Of a stretch of DNA of 64,000 bases, positions 40,119 to 49,151 are shown piece by piece (the stretch's first letter is position 1; the number at the start of each line of letters is the position of its first letter). The translations under genes were made by a program, and so were the position numbers. Below the pieces are notes generated by a model. That model searched no databases. It saw nothing but the letters and a program-made list of their open reading frames with translations, and was not told the DNA's origin. The DNA comes from Gammaproteobacteria bacterium (lineage in GTDB: Bacteria; Pseudomonadota; Gammaproteobacteria; SZUA-140). The stretch spans positions 25,105-89,104 of the forward strand of contig JADLCS010000030.1 in NCBI GenBank assembly GCA_020847075.1, written 5' to 3'.

Positions 40119-42938
40119 TCAAACTGATGCATGGTTATAAACAATATCCCTAATCTGCGCTGGCTCATAAGCCACATCCCAGCACCATAAACCGAAACCT
40201 CCATTCTCATTCACACCCTTCACCCAAACGTCGAGAGCTGAGCGTTTGGCTCGGTTCTGCTCGGAGTCGACACCCTTAATCTCCAACACCAGCGTCTTTC
40301 CATTTGAAAGCCGAACTAGAAAATCTGGAATGAATCGCCGACGAGCACCGTTCCAGAGATAATAGATTTGAAATCCCAGATGATCGTTTTTGGCGTAGGC
40401 GGTAACTTGGTTGTTCTTTACGCTATCGAAAATATTTGCCGCGTACTGCTCCCAGGCGCTGTCGGCGATCATATGACTGATCTGTGACCGTTGCGTGGGA
40501 AGACAAGGCTTGGTGGTATACCAGGTCCGCATATAACGTGTGGAGCCGATGGGATTCTCTTGATCGAAAACAGGCTCGATCCGCTCCATGTTCTGCTCCT
40601 GCACGTGGCGCTGGAGATGCTGAACGATCAGATCGATATTCATGGACATCAGGATGCGTTTGCGCAATGGCTCCTGATGAAACAGGGTCGGTATGTTCAG
40701 TCTATCTGACTCGATGAACTGCTCCACCAGCTTGATGAGTTGGAATATCAAATATTCCCGTGTTCCGGTGAATCGGCCCTGCATCGCCGCATAGGCCTTG
40801 CGCGCGGCTTGAAACGTGAGTCGCTGCAGGCGAAACTCTTCCGGCAGCTTCTCCAAATCGATCACATGGATCTGATTCCAGTCGGTGGCACCGCCCAGGG
40901 CAGGCGCGATCTCGGCACTGATCGGGGTTTGCGCAGGATCGATCGTCAATGGCTCAACCTCGCCCCAGTAAACGGTCAACACCGGCCGGACGACAACATC
41001 AACCCGCAGGACGTTCGGCCAGCGTATCTCCAGCTCATTCCGCACAGGCAATGACTCAATCTGCGTGCTTGGCCGTGGCGGCGGCGGTGCCTCGCCGGCC
41101 TCGCCGACGTCCTGGAAGATAGAAAGCGGCACGCCGAAGACGTTGACGTATTCCGAGACAAACAATCCATCCTCATTGGTCTCGTACGAGACACGCCGCA
41201 AACCCCGTCCGATCACCTGCTCGCACAGTAGCTGCGAGGTGAAGGCGCGCAGCCCCATGATATGGGTAACGTTCTTGGCATCCCAACCCTCGGAAAGCAT
41301 CGCCACGGAAATCACGTTTTGCAGATCCTGCCCTGCGGCATCTCGCTTGCCGACATTGTCCACCAGATCGCGCAGCAGCTCCTCCTTTTTCAATCCGCGC
41401 AGTCGCTCCTTGCGGATCTCAGGGATGTTTGCCGCGTCTACGATCTGAGCCAATCTGGCCTCATACGCCTTGTCCGAAGCCGCCGTTGCGCCGACTTCGG
41501 CCTTTTCCAGCACCTTGGAATCGACGCGCAGGGTACGTGCGGGCGCATGCAATTCCGGCCAGTGGGCATCGCCCTGATTGAAGTAGTATTCTATGCGCGC
41601 CGCCGTCTCGGTCCGGTTGCACACGGTCAGCATAACCGGTGGAGATATGTGCCCCCGGTCTCGCCAGTCCTGCAGCGCCGCCCGCCAGTCCGCGCCCAGC
41701 AGCGTGTAGGCGTCCTGTACCAGTCTGGGCAACGCCTCGTGCGGTTCCGCGCCTCGCCGATTGAGGTCTTGGGCAACCTCGGGCTCACGGTAGATGTGAT
41801 ACAGCTTTGACCGTAGGGTGGCGGTATTGGGCAAGGCGTCGTCGCGCACAACCACACGCGGCGTTTTCACTAACCCCGCCTCAATGGCGTCGTTCAAGCC
41901 GAAATCCGACACGATCCAGTCGAACAGGCCTTCTTCTGTGCTCACCTTGCCGGTGGGCGCAAACGGCGTGGCGGAAAGGTCGAAACATCGCTGAATTCGG
42001 CGCGTCTTGTGGACCCGGTCCAGGCCTTCTATCCAGCGAGTGGCCTCGTCGAGATCCAGTCCCAGCTCTTCCGCCTGCTTCTTGCTGATCTTGACTTCCG
42101 CCGGCTTGCGGTACGCATGATGGGCCTCGTCATTGATGACAACGATGTCCTTCCACGCGGCGAGCTTACCCAGCACCCGGCGCGTAAAGGCCTCGTCGCT
42201 CTCCTTGCCCTTCTTGACCACCGACTTATTCTGGTCCTTCAGCGGCATTAGGGTGTGCCAGTTCTCGATCAGGATATCCATCTGATTGAGCTTCTGGCGC
42301 AAAGCCTCTGATGGGCACAGACAGAACAGATCATAGAAGTTATCCGGCTCGCCCGGATACAGCACCCGCAGCCGGTCCTTGACTGTCAATCCGGGCGCCA
42401 CGATCAATACGGCACGCGAAAAATCCTTGTTACGCTTCGGATAGGTGAGTGCATTCAGCACCTGCCAGGTGATGATCATCGCCATCAGCGTGGTCTTGCC
42501 CGAGCCGGTGGCCATTTTGTTACACAACCGTTCCCACGGCCCACCGTCGCCTGGGATGGCAATCCCCTGTTTGTATTGCGCCGCCGCCTCCACCCACCAG
42601 ATCAGCGTCTCAATAGCCTCGATCTGGCAGAAGTAGAACGGATACAGCCGTACCCCCTCTGCCCGGTCGTGCCAATGCTCAAGCAAGCTACGGGTGACTG
42701 AGGTAATGCCGGGATACTCCGCGGCCCGCCATTCATCAATGCGCGATCGGATCTCGTTGACTAAGGCCAGCGGCTCAGTGCGCAGGGTGTTGTTGCGTAC
42801 GTCGAAGATCTCATAGCCAGCGGATCGGCGGCCGGAAACAAGGCTAAGCGTGCCGTCGCGACGCTGCTCCCAGTGCTGTTCAGGCTTAGCGTAGGGCGAA
42901 TTGATGATAAGAGACTTCGGTGCAGTCATCGCCCGCAC
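40119..42938 (-). CDS. res: Type III restriction enzyme, Res subunit (SF2 helicase + nuclease)
   Basis: Motif I MATGSGKT, motif II VVINDEAHHAY (DEAH) and a later QxxGRGLR (EQVIGRGLRR). The C-terminal block IPDFLVRLSNGKTLVLEIKG is PD-(D/E)xK-like. Its ATG is 1 nt from the mod stop. Confidence 0.88.
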   Translation of the reverse strand: MRAMTAPKSLIINSPYAKPEQHWEQRRDGTLSLVSGRRSAGYEIFDVRNNTLRTEPLALVNEIRSRIDEWRAAEYPGITSVTRSLLEHWHDRAEGVRLYPFYFCQIEAIETLIWWVEAAAQYKQGIAIPGDGGPWERLCNKMATGSGKTTLMAMIITWQVLNALTYPKRNKDFSRAVLIVAPGLTVKDRLRVLYPGEPDNFYDLFCLCPSEALRQKLNQMDILIENWHTLMPLKDQNKSVVKKGKESDEAFTRRVLGKLAAWKDIVVINDEAHHAYRKPAEVKISKKQAEELGLDLDEATRWIEGLDRVHKTRRIQRCFDLSATPFAPTGKVSTEEGLFDWIVSDFGLNDAIEAGLVKTPRVVVRDDALPNTATLRSKLYHIYREPEVAQDLNRRGAEPHEALPRLVQDAYTLLGADWRAALQDWRDRGHISPPVMLTVCNRTETAARIEYYFNQGDAHWPELHAPARTLRVDSKVLEKAEVGATAASDKAYEARLAQIVDAANIPEIRKERLRGLKKEELLRDLVDNVGKRDAAGQDLQNVISVAMLSEGWDAKNVTHIMGLRAFTSQLLCEQVIGRGLRRVSYETNEDGLFVSEYVNVFGVPLSIFQDVGEAGEAPPPPRPSTQIESLPVRNELEIRWPNVLRVDVVVRPVLTVYWGEVEPLTIDPAQTPISAEIAPALGGATDWNQIHVIDLEKLPEEFRLQRLTFQAARKAYAAMQGRFTGTREYLIFQLIKLVEQFIESDRLNIPTLFHQEPLRKRILMSMNIDLIVQHLQRHVQEQNMERIEPVFDQENPIGSTRYMRTWYTTKPCLPTQRSQISHMIADSAWEQYAANIFDSVKNNQVTAYAKNDHLGFQIYYLWNGARRRFIPDFLVRLSNGKTLVLEIKGVDSEQNRAKRSALDVWVKGVNENGGFGLWCWDVAYEPAQIRDIVYNHASV

Positions 42939-42939
42939 C

Positions 42940-45900
42940 TCAAGTCAATGGAATGATCTTCAACGACTCGATCCCCCGATCATCGACTATCTTCACCGCA
43001 ACCTTGCGGTTTTCACCCGCCTCGAAGGGGACCGACTTGGTGCCGTGGAATTTTTCCAGCAAGCCCTCGTTCAGCTCGGCACGGATGTCCTTCTTGAGCT
43101 TCCCCCAACCCTCACCCTTGCCGGCCATGGGGAAGAACACCTGGCGCGGGAACAGCGAGCGCTCGTCGTAGTCGGTATCCAGCAACCACATGGCGATCTT
43201 GCCCTTGCCACCGGAGACCAGCTCGCCCTTGGCGGTGTCGAAGTAGTCGAAGCCGTGCACTTCCACCACATAGCGGCCGTCCTTCTGTTTGTGCACCTCA
43301 ACGTCCGGCTGTCCCATGAGCCAGAAGCTCTGGTTGCTGGTGCGGCCCTTCTTGAGGTCGTCGGTCAGCAGGTCAGCGTTCATCTTGGCCTTGAGCAGGG
43401 TCACACCCGGCCATTTGGTTTCGTCGATGTCCTTGGCCGCCTCCGGGTCGAACTCGAAGCTCGCGAAGATGATGAACTTCGGCGCTGGCCGCAGCTTCTC
43501 GGCTTCGTTCAGCGCCAACGCCACCTGCCGCTGCTCCAGAGCCGCGTGTTCGGGGCCGAAGCTCACCACCACACGCTCGCCAGTGTCGAGATGCCCGCTC
43601 ACGTGCAGGTGTGGCGAATCAGGCAAGGTTTCGAGGTCGGCGAACTTCAACATCTGCCCGCCCTTGCCGCGGATACCGGTTTTGATCAACTCGTCGCGCC
43701 ACGAATGCTGGCGCGCCGATTCGCCCGAGCGGGAGATGGCCACGTCCGCCTCTTGCGGTTGCTGCGCCTCGTCCAGCGCCAGCACCGTCGGGAAAGGAAC
43801 CGCCTCCACGGTAAACGGCCCGGTGATGCGCAGCTTGTTCTTGGAGACTGCCGGCTGGTCGTAGAGCGTTTCCTGGTCGGCGTGCGCGGCGATGGAGTCG
43901 TCCATCTTCTTCTGCATCGCCTTACGAGCAGTGTGGAAGGCGTCGAACGGTTTGCGCGTGGCTTCGGACCAATCAGCCGAGAAATCGAACGGCACTTCCC
44001 ATTCCTTCAGCTTCTGCTTTGCCGCCTTGTTCAACTCCGCTAGCGCCGCCTCAACCGTCGGATGCATGCGCTCATGGATTTCGTCGATTTCCGGATTATT
44101 GGCGATGGACTTGAGCGTGACGTGCGGCACTGTCTTGTAGATGAAGCCGCTCTTCAGGCCCTCGTTTGGATACTTGAGTTCGTAGTAGTCGTAGCTCGCG
44201 GTCATCAATCGCTGTTTTGCGAGCGTCACCGACACGCGCGACGTGTCGCAGGTGATCCAGCGCCGGCCCCACTTCTCAGCGACGAAGGCCGTTGTGCCGG
44301 AACCGCAAGTCGGGTCCAACACTAGATCGCCTGGGTCGGTGGTCATGAGTAAACAACGTTCGATAACCTTGGAAAGAGTCTGAACAACATAAACTCGCGC
44401 TTCACTGAATCCACTTGAAACTGTATCAGTCCAAACGTTTGTGTATGGCGACAATGGAAAATCGTTCAGGTAACTTACAAACTCCAGGGTGTTCGCAAAT
44501 GCAAGCAGACGGTTTGATCTAGCTGCCTTCTCTAAGCCCTGAACGGATGTCTTCCAGTGTTGACCCGAACCAGGGTGAAATTCGCGACCATAACACCCGA
44601 AAGCAACAGTTGATGTCGGGCTCGCTCCCGCCGATTTTATCGACGTATGTCGAAAAAGTTTTTCGGTCTCAGATAGCTCGACTATGGAATCATCTTTGGT
44701 AACCCTCGTGCGCCTTCCTGACGCCTCTTCTATCCAAATGTCCTGGCCTGCGAATGTCTTGCTGTCGAGCTTGTCAAACCATATTGGCCGAAACTTAACC
44801 TTAGGTCTGTCCTTTGCAAACCAGACAATGTTGTCATGAACAACTGAAAGAAGATCGCTTTGCTTCCAGCCAGTCTTTTGAAAAACGATTGTCCCGCAAT
44901 TATTTTCGGCGCCGAGTATCTCTTCACATAGTTCTCTTACATGGTGCACGTTCTCATCGGAAATCTGCACAAACACGCTCCCCGATTCGTGCAGCAGCTC
45001 CTTCGCCAACAGCAGCCGGTCGCGCAGGTAGGTGAGGTAGGAGTGGATGCCCAGCTCCCAGGTGTCACGGAAGGCCTTGATCATCTCCGGTTCCTGGGTC
45101 AGGTCTTCGTCCTTGCGGTCCTTCACGTCGCGCTTGTTGACGAAGGGCTGGAAGTTGGAACCGTACTTGATGCCGTAGGGCGGATCGATGTAGATCATCT
45201 GCACCTGCCCAGCCATGCTCTCCTTTTGGAGCAGCGAGTTCATCACCAGCAGCGAATCGCCCGCGATCAGCCGGTTGGTCCAGCCACGCTCGTGCTTGTA
45301 GAAGTCGATGGCGTCGCGCAGCGGCAGGTTCTCGAACGGCGCGGCGAAGAGGTCAGGCTGATGAGCTTTTTCGACGCCCTTACCCTTGCCTTCGTTCAGC
45401 CGCTTGCGGACGGCTGCCAGAATACTGGCCGGGTCGATGCGCTCGTGCACGTGCAGGGATACGGTGTCGATCTCGAAGCTGGTGCGCTCGGCTTTGCCGG
45501 TCCAGTTGAGATAGGGTGCGGAATGGCGCTTCAGTTCTTCCAGCGCCGCGCGCATGGCAGCCTTATCTCCATTCGCCAGCGCATCGTCGATCAACCTCTC
45601 GATCTGCGCACGGCTACTGTCGAACTGGAGAGCGGGATCGATGTGCGGATCATATTGCCAAACTGTCTGCGGCTCATCCGGATCGTTCTCCGGCCTGACC
45701 ATCCCGACCTCGGGATTGTTCTTGCGCTTGTCTTTGTGACGGTAACTTAATACGTCTGGGTTATCGCTCTTTCTTCCACCTGATGACGAATTCTTGGCGC
45801 TTCGCCTTGATCGACTCACCGCCTGCTCTGAAGGCGCAATTTGGCTCTCCAAGGAAAAATCATCGTCGCCCAATGGCACAGTGGATGTATCCTTGGACTT

Positions 45901-45954
45901 TCGGCCGGCAGATTTCGGGGTTCGGGGATTTATATTGTTTTTCTTCCGAGCCAT
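42940..45954 (-). CDS. mod: Type III-like N6-adenine/N4-cytosine DNA methyltransferase (Mod), oversized (about 1004 aa)
   Basis: Motif IV IYIDPPYGIKYG lies upstream of motif I VLDPTCGSGTTAFVAEKWGRRWI, the beta-class order typical of type III Mod. There is a basic low-complexity N-terminal extension and a long C-terminal extension. The start was set at the ATG at 45952-45954, preceded by AGGAGAAGCC. Confidence 0.88.
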   Translation of the reverse strand: MARKKNNINPRTPKSAGRKSKDTSTVPLGDDDFSLESQIAPSEQAVSRSRRSAKNSSSGGRKSDNPDVLSYRHKDKRKNNPEVGMVRPENDPDEPQTVWQYDPHIDPALQFDSSRAQIERLIDDALANGDKAAMRAALEELKRHSAPYLNWTGKAERTSFEIDTVSLHVHERIDPASILAAVRKRLNEGKGKGVEKAHQPDLFAAPFENLPLRDAIDFYKHERGWTNRLIAGDSLLVMNSLLQKESMAGQVQMIYIDPPYGIKYGSNFQPFVNKRDVKDRKDEDLTQEPEMIKAFRDTWELGIHSYLTYLRDRLLLAKELLHESGSVFVQISDENVHHVRELCEEILGAENNCGTIVFQKTGWKQSDLLSVVHDNIVWFAKDRPKVKFRPIWFDKLDSKTFAGQDIWIEEASGRRTRVTKDDSIVELSETEKLFRHTSIKSAGASPTSTVAFGCYGREFHPGSGQHWKTSVQGLEKAARSNRLLAFANTLEFVSYLNDFPLSPYTNVWTDTVSSGFSEARVYVVQTLSKVIERCLLMTTDPGDLVLDPTCGSGTTAFVAEKWGRRWITCDTSRVSVTLAKQRLMTASYDYYELKYPNEGLKSGFIYKTVPHVTLKSIANNPEIDEIHERMHPTVEAALAELNKAAKQKLKEWEVPFDFSADWSEATRKPFDAFHTARKAMQKKMDDSIAAHADQETLYDQPAVSKNKLRITGPFTVEAVPFPTVLALDEAQQPQEADVAISRSGESARQHSWRDELIKTGIRGKGGQMLKFADLETLPDSPHLHVSGHLDTGERVVVSFGPEHAALEQRQVALALNEAEKLRPAPKFIIFASFEFDPEAAKDIDETKWPGVTLLKAKMNADLLTDDLKKGRTSNQSFWLMGQPDVEVHKQKDGRYVVEVHGFDYFDTAKGELVSGGKGKIAMWLLDTDYDERSLFPRQVFFPMAGKGEGWGKLKKDIRAELNEGLLEKFHGTKSVPFEAGENRKVAVKIVDDRGIESLKIIPLT

Positions 45955-45962
45955 GGCTTCTC

Positions 45963-48143
45963 CTAATCCATCGACTCGTGCGCAAATATCGCGGTACGGA
46001 TGTTGCGCTGCGCCATGATGACTGGCCAATAAAATGGTGTACCGCGCCATCCTTGCTCTTCACGACCGTTCTGACGGATGAGCATCAAGATGGGAATATT
46101 CAAAGCCATTCTTTTGGCGACTTCGCCCTCGGTACGGGTAGTATCAGGTGCATCTGAATATACTGCGTGACTTCCCGCCGATACTTTACGGCTGAGATTA
46201 CGATCCTTTCTTACGAGACAGAGTACGCGGTTACGTTTTCCAGCATCCGGCGATGCTGAACTGAGGTATTGCAGCGCGGAGCGTGCGGCGTCCCAATCGA
46301 AGGTATATCCCTCGTCTTCTTGCATTTCCAGCGTCGGCTCTATCTTCAGCAACATATCTACCGCTACTGATAATGGAATCTCGAAGGGATCGTCGAATCC
46401 TGCGGGCGACCTATGACCTTCCAGCAGCCGATCTATTTGCTCGATGACCGGCTGAACCCGGGTTGTATAATCAGTCTGAAATCCAATCGGTAGTATGCGC
46501 TTATAAGATCGCAAGGTGGTGGTGCGGGATACCAGAATTTTATTCGGGCTGCATGGGATGACCCGGCCGCTGTCATCTCGCTGAATAAACACGATAGGCT
46601 GCTCTGCGTTCTGCTCTATCGCCTGTCTTAAGGCAACATCGCTTTCGTGCATTCGTCGCATAGCATCATAGATGGTCGGCTCGGTATAGAACCGGGTGAC
46701 TGTGAGATCTTCTATCGGACGGAAACCGAACATGCGGGAATGTTGTAATACGGTGTCTTGCTGATAGACTTGCGGCCGGCGACCGTAGAAAAACCCGATA
46801 AGGTTGGCAATCGTAACGCCTCTGTCGAGTATTTGACCGCCGATGAATATATTCAGAGGTGTGCGAAGTCGTAACTGACCTTCTGTATCCAACAGCTCCT
46901 CAACTTGCTTCTCCGAATTGACCTTGGTGATCATCAACCAACCATCATCAAGAGCCCTGAAGGCCTCATTGATCACCTCATCTCGGCTCGGCAGATAGTG
47001 CCCCATAACATTTATGGATGCGGAAAGATCGTCATAAGCGGACGACAAGAGATTACGCAATAGACCCGGAGAATTCTTTACTGCATCGGTAAGATAGTCA
47101 CGTAACGTTTGAACGACTTGTTCCTGCCAAGCATGGGCAGCTTTTCCAGCCTCAGTATGTACAAGAAAACTGAATTTCTTGAGCGGTTTGTTAGTACGCT
47201 GGTCTTGTAAGCGCCGAATACATCCACCCACAATGAAATTGCACAGGGCGCTTCGGATTGAATAAATGGCGTCACTCGTCAAACAATCCTCAGTCCTGAA
47301 TCGGCGCCGGTCTTGCTGCTTGAGAATGGATAGCTCCATCAGGGTTACCGGCTCGTATACAAATGAGGCAACAGAATTTTCCTCCTGGCTATGCCGGAAG
47401 TAATAATCGCTTCCAACATAATCCTTATGTACGGGTACTAACTCCGTAAATGAGGGACGCACCGGCTTAAACTCAGTTCCGCTGATGACTAGATTATCCG
47501 GCTGTAGGTAGAGCGAATACGGCGTGGCCGTTACTTGAAGGAAGGCAGATGAATTAATTGTTTTTCTGAGATCATCGATCTGTCTCGCCGTAACATTGGC
47601 CGTAACACCTTTCTCTGAATTGCTTCGATAACCAATGCTTGCGTAGTCAGCCTCATCATCGATTATTAATACACGCTTCCCGGCCAACATTGGGTATGTC
47701 TCGCGAAACACTGCCGCGAGTCTGTTCATGTTGTCTTGCTGTTTCTTGGCGATGAATATGAGCTTCTGATTTAGTTCGTATGGTGTAAGTCCAGACGGTA
47801 AAGTCATGATGTCGTAAATTTGCAGTAGATCCTTTGCATGAAAAGGTGCAAACTCAGTTGTAATACGTTGGTATGTCTGCCTGGTTAACGCCTTGGTGCC
47901 TTTTGTCAGAACTATCGCTATATCGAAGCTATTGTCGAACGCCAGGGCTATTATCCCGAGAAAGGTCTTAGTTTTCCCGGACTGAATTTTTCCAAGCAAC
48001 ATGCCTGGTCGAGCCGCGCTGGTCTCTACGGTTAATAAACGATTAACCGCTCTCTCAATACAGCTTTTATCTTCAATAGAGTATCGATTGCTTCTTGACG
48101 TGAAGTCCGGGTAGAACTGGCCAGCAAGGTTGAGGCTACCCAT
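45963..48143 (-). CDS. Z1-domain protein (P-loop/SF2-like NTPase + Z1 domain)
   Basis: Walker A GKIQSGKTKT and a DEAD-like box VLIIDDEADYAS. The block GGQILDRGVTIANLIGFFYGRRPQVYQQDTVLQHSRMFGFR matches the Z1 hallmark as I remember it (..LSRGLT.EGL...YDTL.QMGRWFGYR). SD AGGAGGG lies 5 nt before the ATG. Confidence 0.75.
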   Translation of the reverse strand: MGSLNLAGQFYPDFTSRSNRYSIEDKSCIERAVNRLLTVETSAARPGMLLGKIQSGKTKTFLGIIALAFDNSFDIAIVLTKGTKALTRQTYQRITTEFAPFHAKDLLQIYDIMTLPSGLTPYELNQKLIFIAKKQQDNMNRLAAVFRETYPMLAGKRVLIIDDEADYASIGYRSNSEKGVTANVTARQIDDLRKTINSSAFLQVTATPYSLYLQPDNLVISGTEFKPVRPSFTELVPVHKDYVGSDYYFRHSQEENSVASFVYEPVTLMELSILKQQDRRRFRTEDCLTSDAIYSIRSALCNFIVGGCIRRLQDQRTNKPLKKFSFLVHTEAGKAAHAWQEQVVQTLRDYLTDAVKNSPGLLRNLLSSAYDDLSASINVMGHYLPSRDEVINEAFRALDDGWLMITKVNSEKQVEELLDTEGQLRLRTPLNIFIGGQILDRGVTIANLIGFFYGRRPQVYQQDTVLQHSRMFGFRPIEDLTVTRFYTEPTIYDAMRRMHESDVALRQAIEQNAEQPIVFIQRDDSGRVIPCSPNKILVSRTTTLRSYKRILPIGFQTDYTTRVQPVIEQIDRLLEGHRSPAGFDDPFEIPLSVAVDMLLKIEPTLEMQEDEGYTFDWDAARSALQYLSSASPDAGKRNRVLCLVRKDRNLSRKVSAGSHAVYSDAPDTTRTEGEVAKRMALNIPILMLIRQNGREEQGWRGTPFYWPVIMAQRNIRTAIFAHESMD

Positions 48144-48362
48144 CGAACCCTCCTTGTCTCATTTAAATAGAACGGAATATCAGATGACTTCTGTACATCA
48201 AGTAGCGCCCCACATCGAATGCCACGTTATCAAAGTACCTATGGCTAGCAGCGGTGTACCATTTAGATTCTTAATTATTCTTGATTCTTATTATGTTATA
48301 GGTAAATCCTAACATATCGTGGTCGATCAGTGTGGGCATAATATATCCGTTATCATTGCCAG

Positions 48363-49031
48363 ATGTGCGGCCGGTACACACTCACTCCTTCGCTCGATGT
48401 AATACTTGAGCACTATGCGCTTGAGGATGTGATTGAGTCCTACAGGCCCAGGTACAATATTGCCCCTTCCCAAGAAGTCCTCGTCGTACGAAGTACAGTG
48501 GAGCCGCAGCACCGAATCCTAATCCCAATGCACTGGGGCCTGATCCCGCACTGGGCCAAAGACAGGAAAATCGGTTATCGCATGATCAACGCGGTCGGCG
48601 AAACACTCACGGATAAACCGTCCTACCGTACGCCCTTCAAGAAGCGCCGTTGCCTGATACCTGCTTCCGGATTCTACGAGTGGAAGGTCGTTGGCGAGAA
48701 GGTGAAGCAGCCCTACTACATCCGCATCAGCGGGCGTGAGGTGTTCTCGTTCGCGGGGCTGTGGGAGCACTGGGAAGGTGATGGCGGTATCTATTCCTGC
48801 ACCATCATCACGACCGAGGCGAACGATACCGCCCGATCCATCCACAACCGCATGCCGGCGATCCTCGACCCCAAGGATTACGACCTCTGGCTTAACCCCT
48901 CCGCACCACAGGACGCACTCCAATCCCTGCTCGTGCCCTACACCGCCCACCCGATGGAAACGTACCCCGTTTCCAATGCCGTCAACACGCCGAAGAACGA
49001 CGATCCCCGCCTGACCGAGCCCCTGCACTAG
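48363..49031 (+). CDS. SOS-response-associated peptidase (SRAP/YedK family), abasic-site processing protein
   Basis: Starts MCGRY (catalytic Cys2) and carries RYNIAPSQ, HWGLIPHWAKD and IPASGFYEWK, the conserved SRAP signature blocks. Confidence 0.9.
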   Translation: MCGRYTLTPSLDVILEHYALEDVIESYRPRYNIAPSQEVLVVRSTVEPQHRILIPMHWGLIPHWAKDRKIGYRMINAVGETLTDKPSYRTPFKKRRCLIPASGFYEWKVVGEKVKQPYYIRISGREVFSFAGLWEHWEGDGGIYSCTIITTEANDTARSIHNRMPAILDPKDYDLWLNPSAPQDALQSLLVPYTAHPMETYPVSNAVNTPKNDDPRLTEPLH

Positions 49032-49151
49032 CTTCAAGTCTTTGAATTAGCAGGCTGATATTTGCCCGCTTGAATGTTCTCTTTTTGTTCTCTATCGTGG
49101 ACATCAAGCGAACGTCCGTTCGCAGTCCCGAACAACCCCGATCGGTGCCGT

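Noticed and set aside
45783-46157. Small ORFs on both strands at the Z1/mod junction (45783-46157 +, 45794-46018 +, 45860-46063 -).
   Set aside because: They overlap the ends of two well-supported genes on the minus strand and show no motifs or SD.
48144-48362. Search for a LexA (CTGT-N8-ACAG) box upstream of the SRAP-polymerase cassette. Three ATTCTT repeats were noted at about 48270-48290.
   Set aside because: No SOS-box-like palindrome was found by eye. The ATTCTT repeats are short and lie in very AT-rich DNA, so they are not distinguishable from chance.
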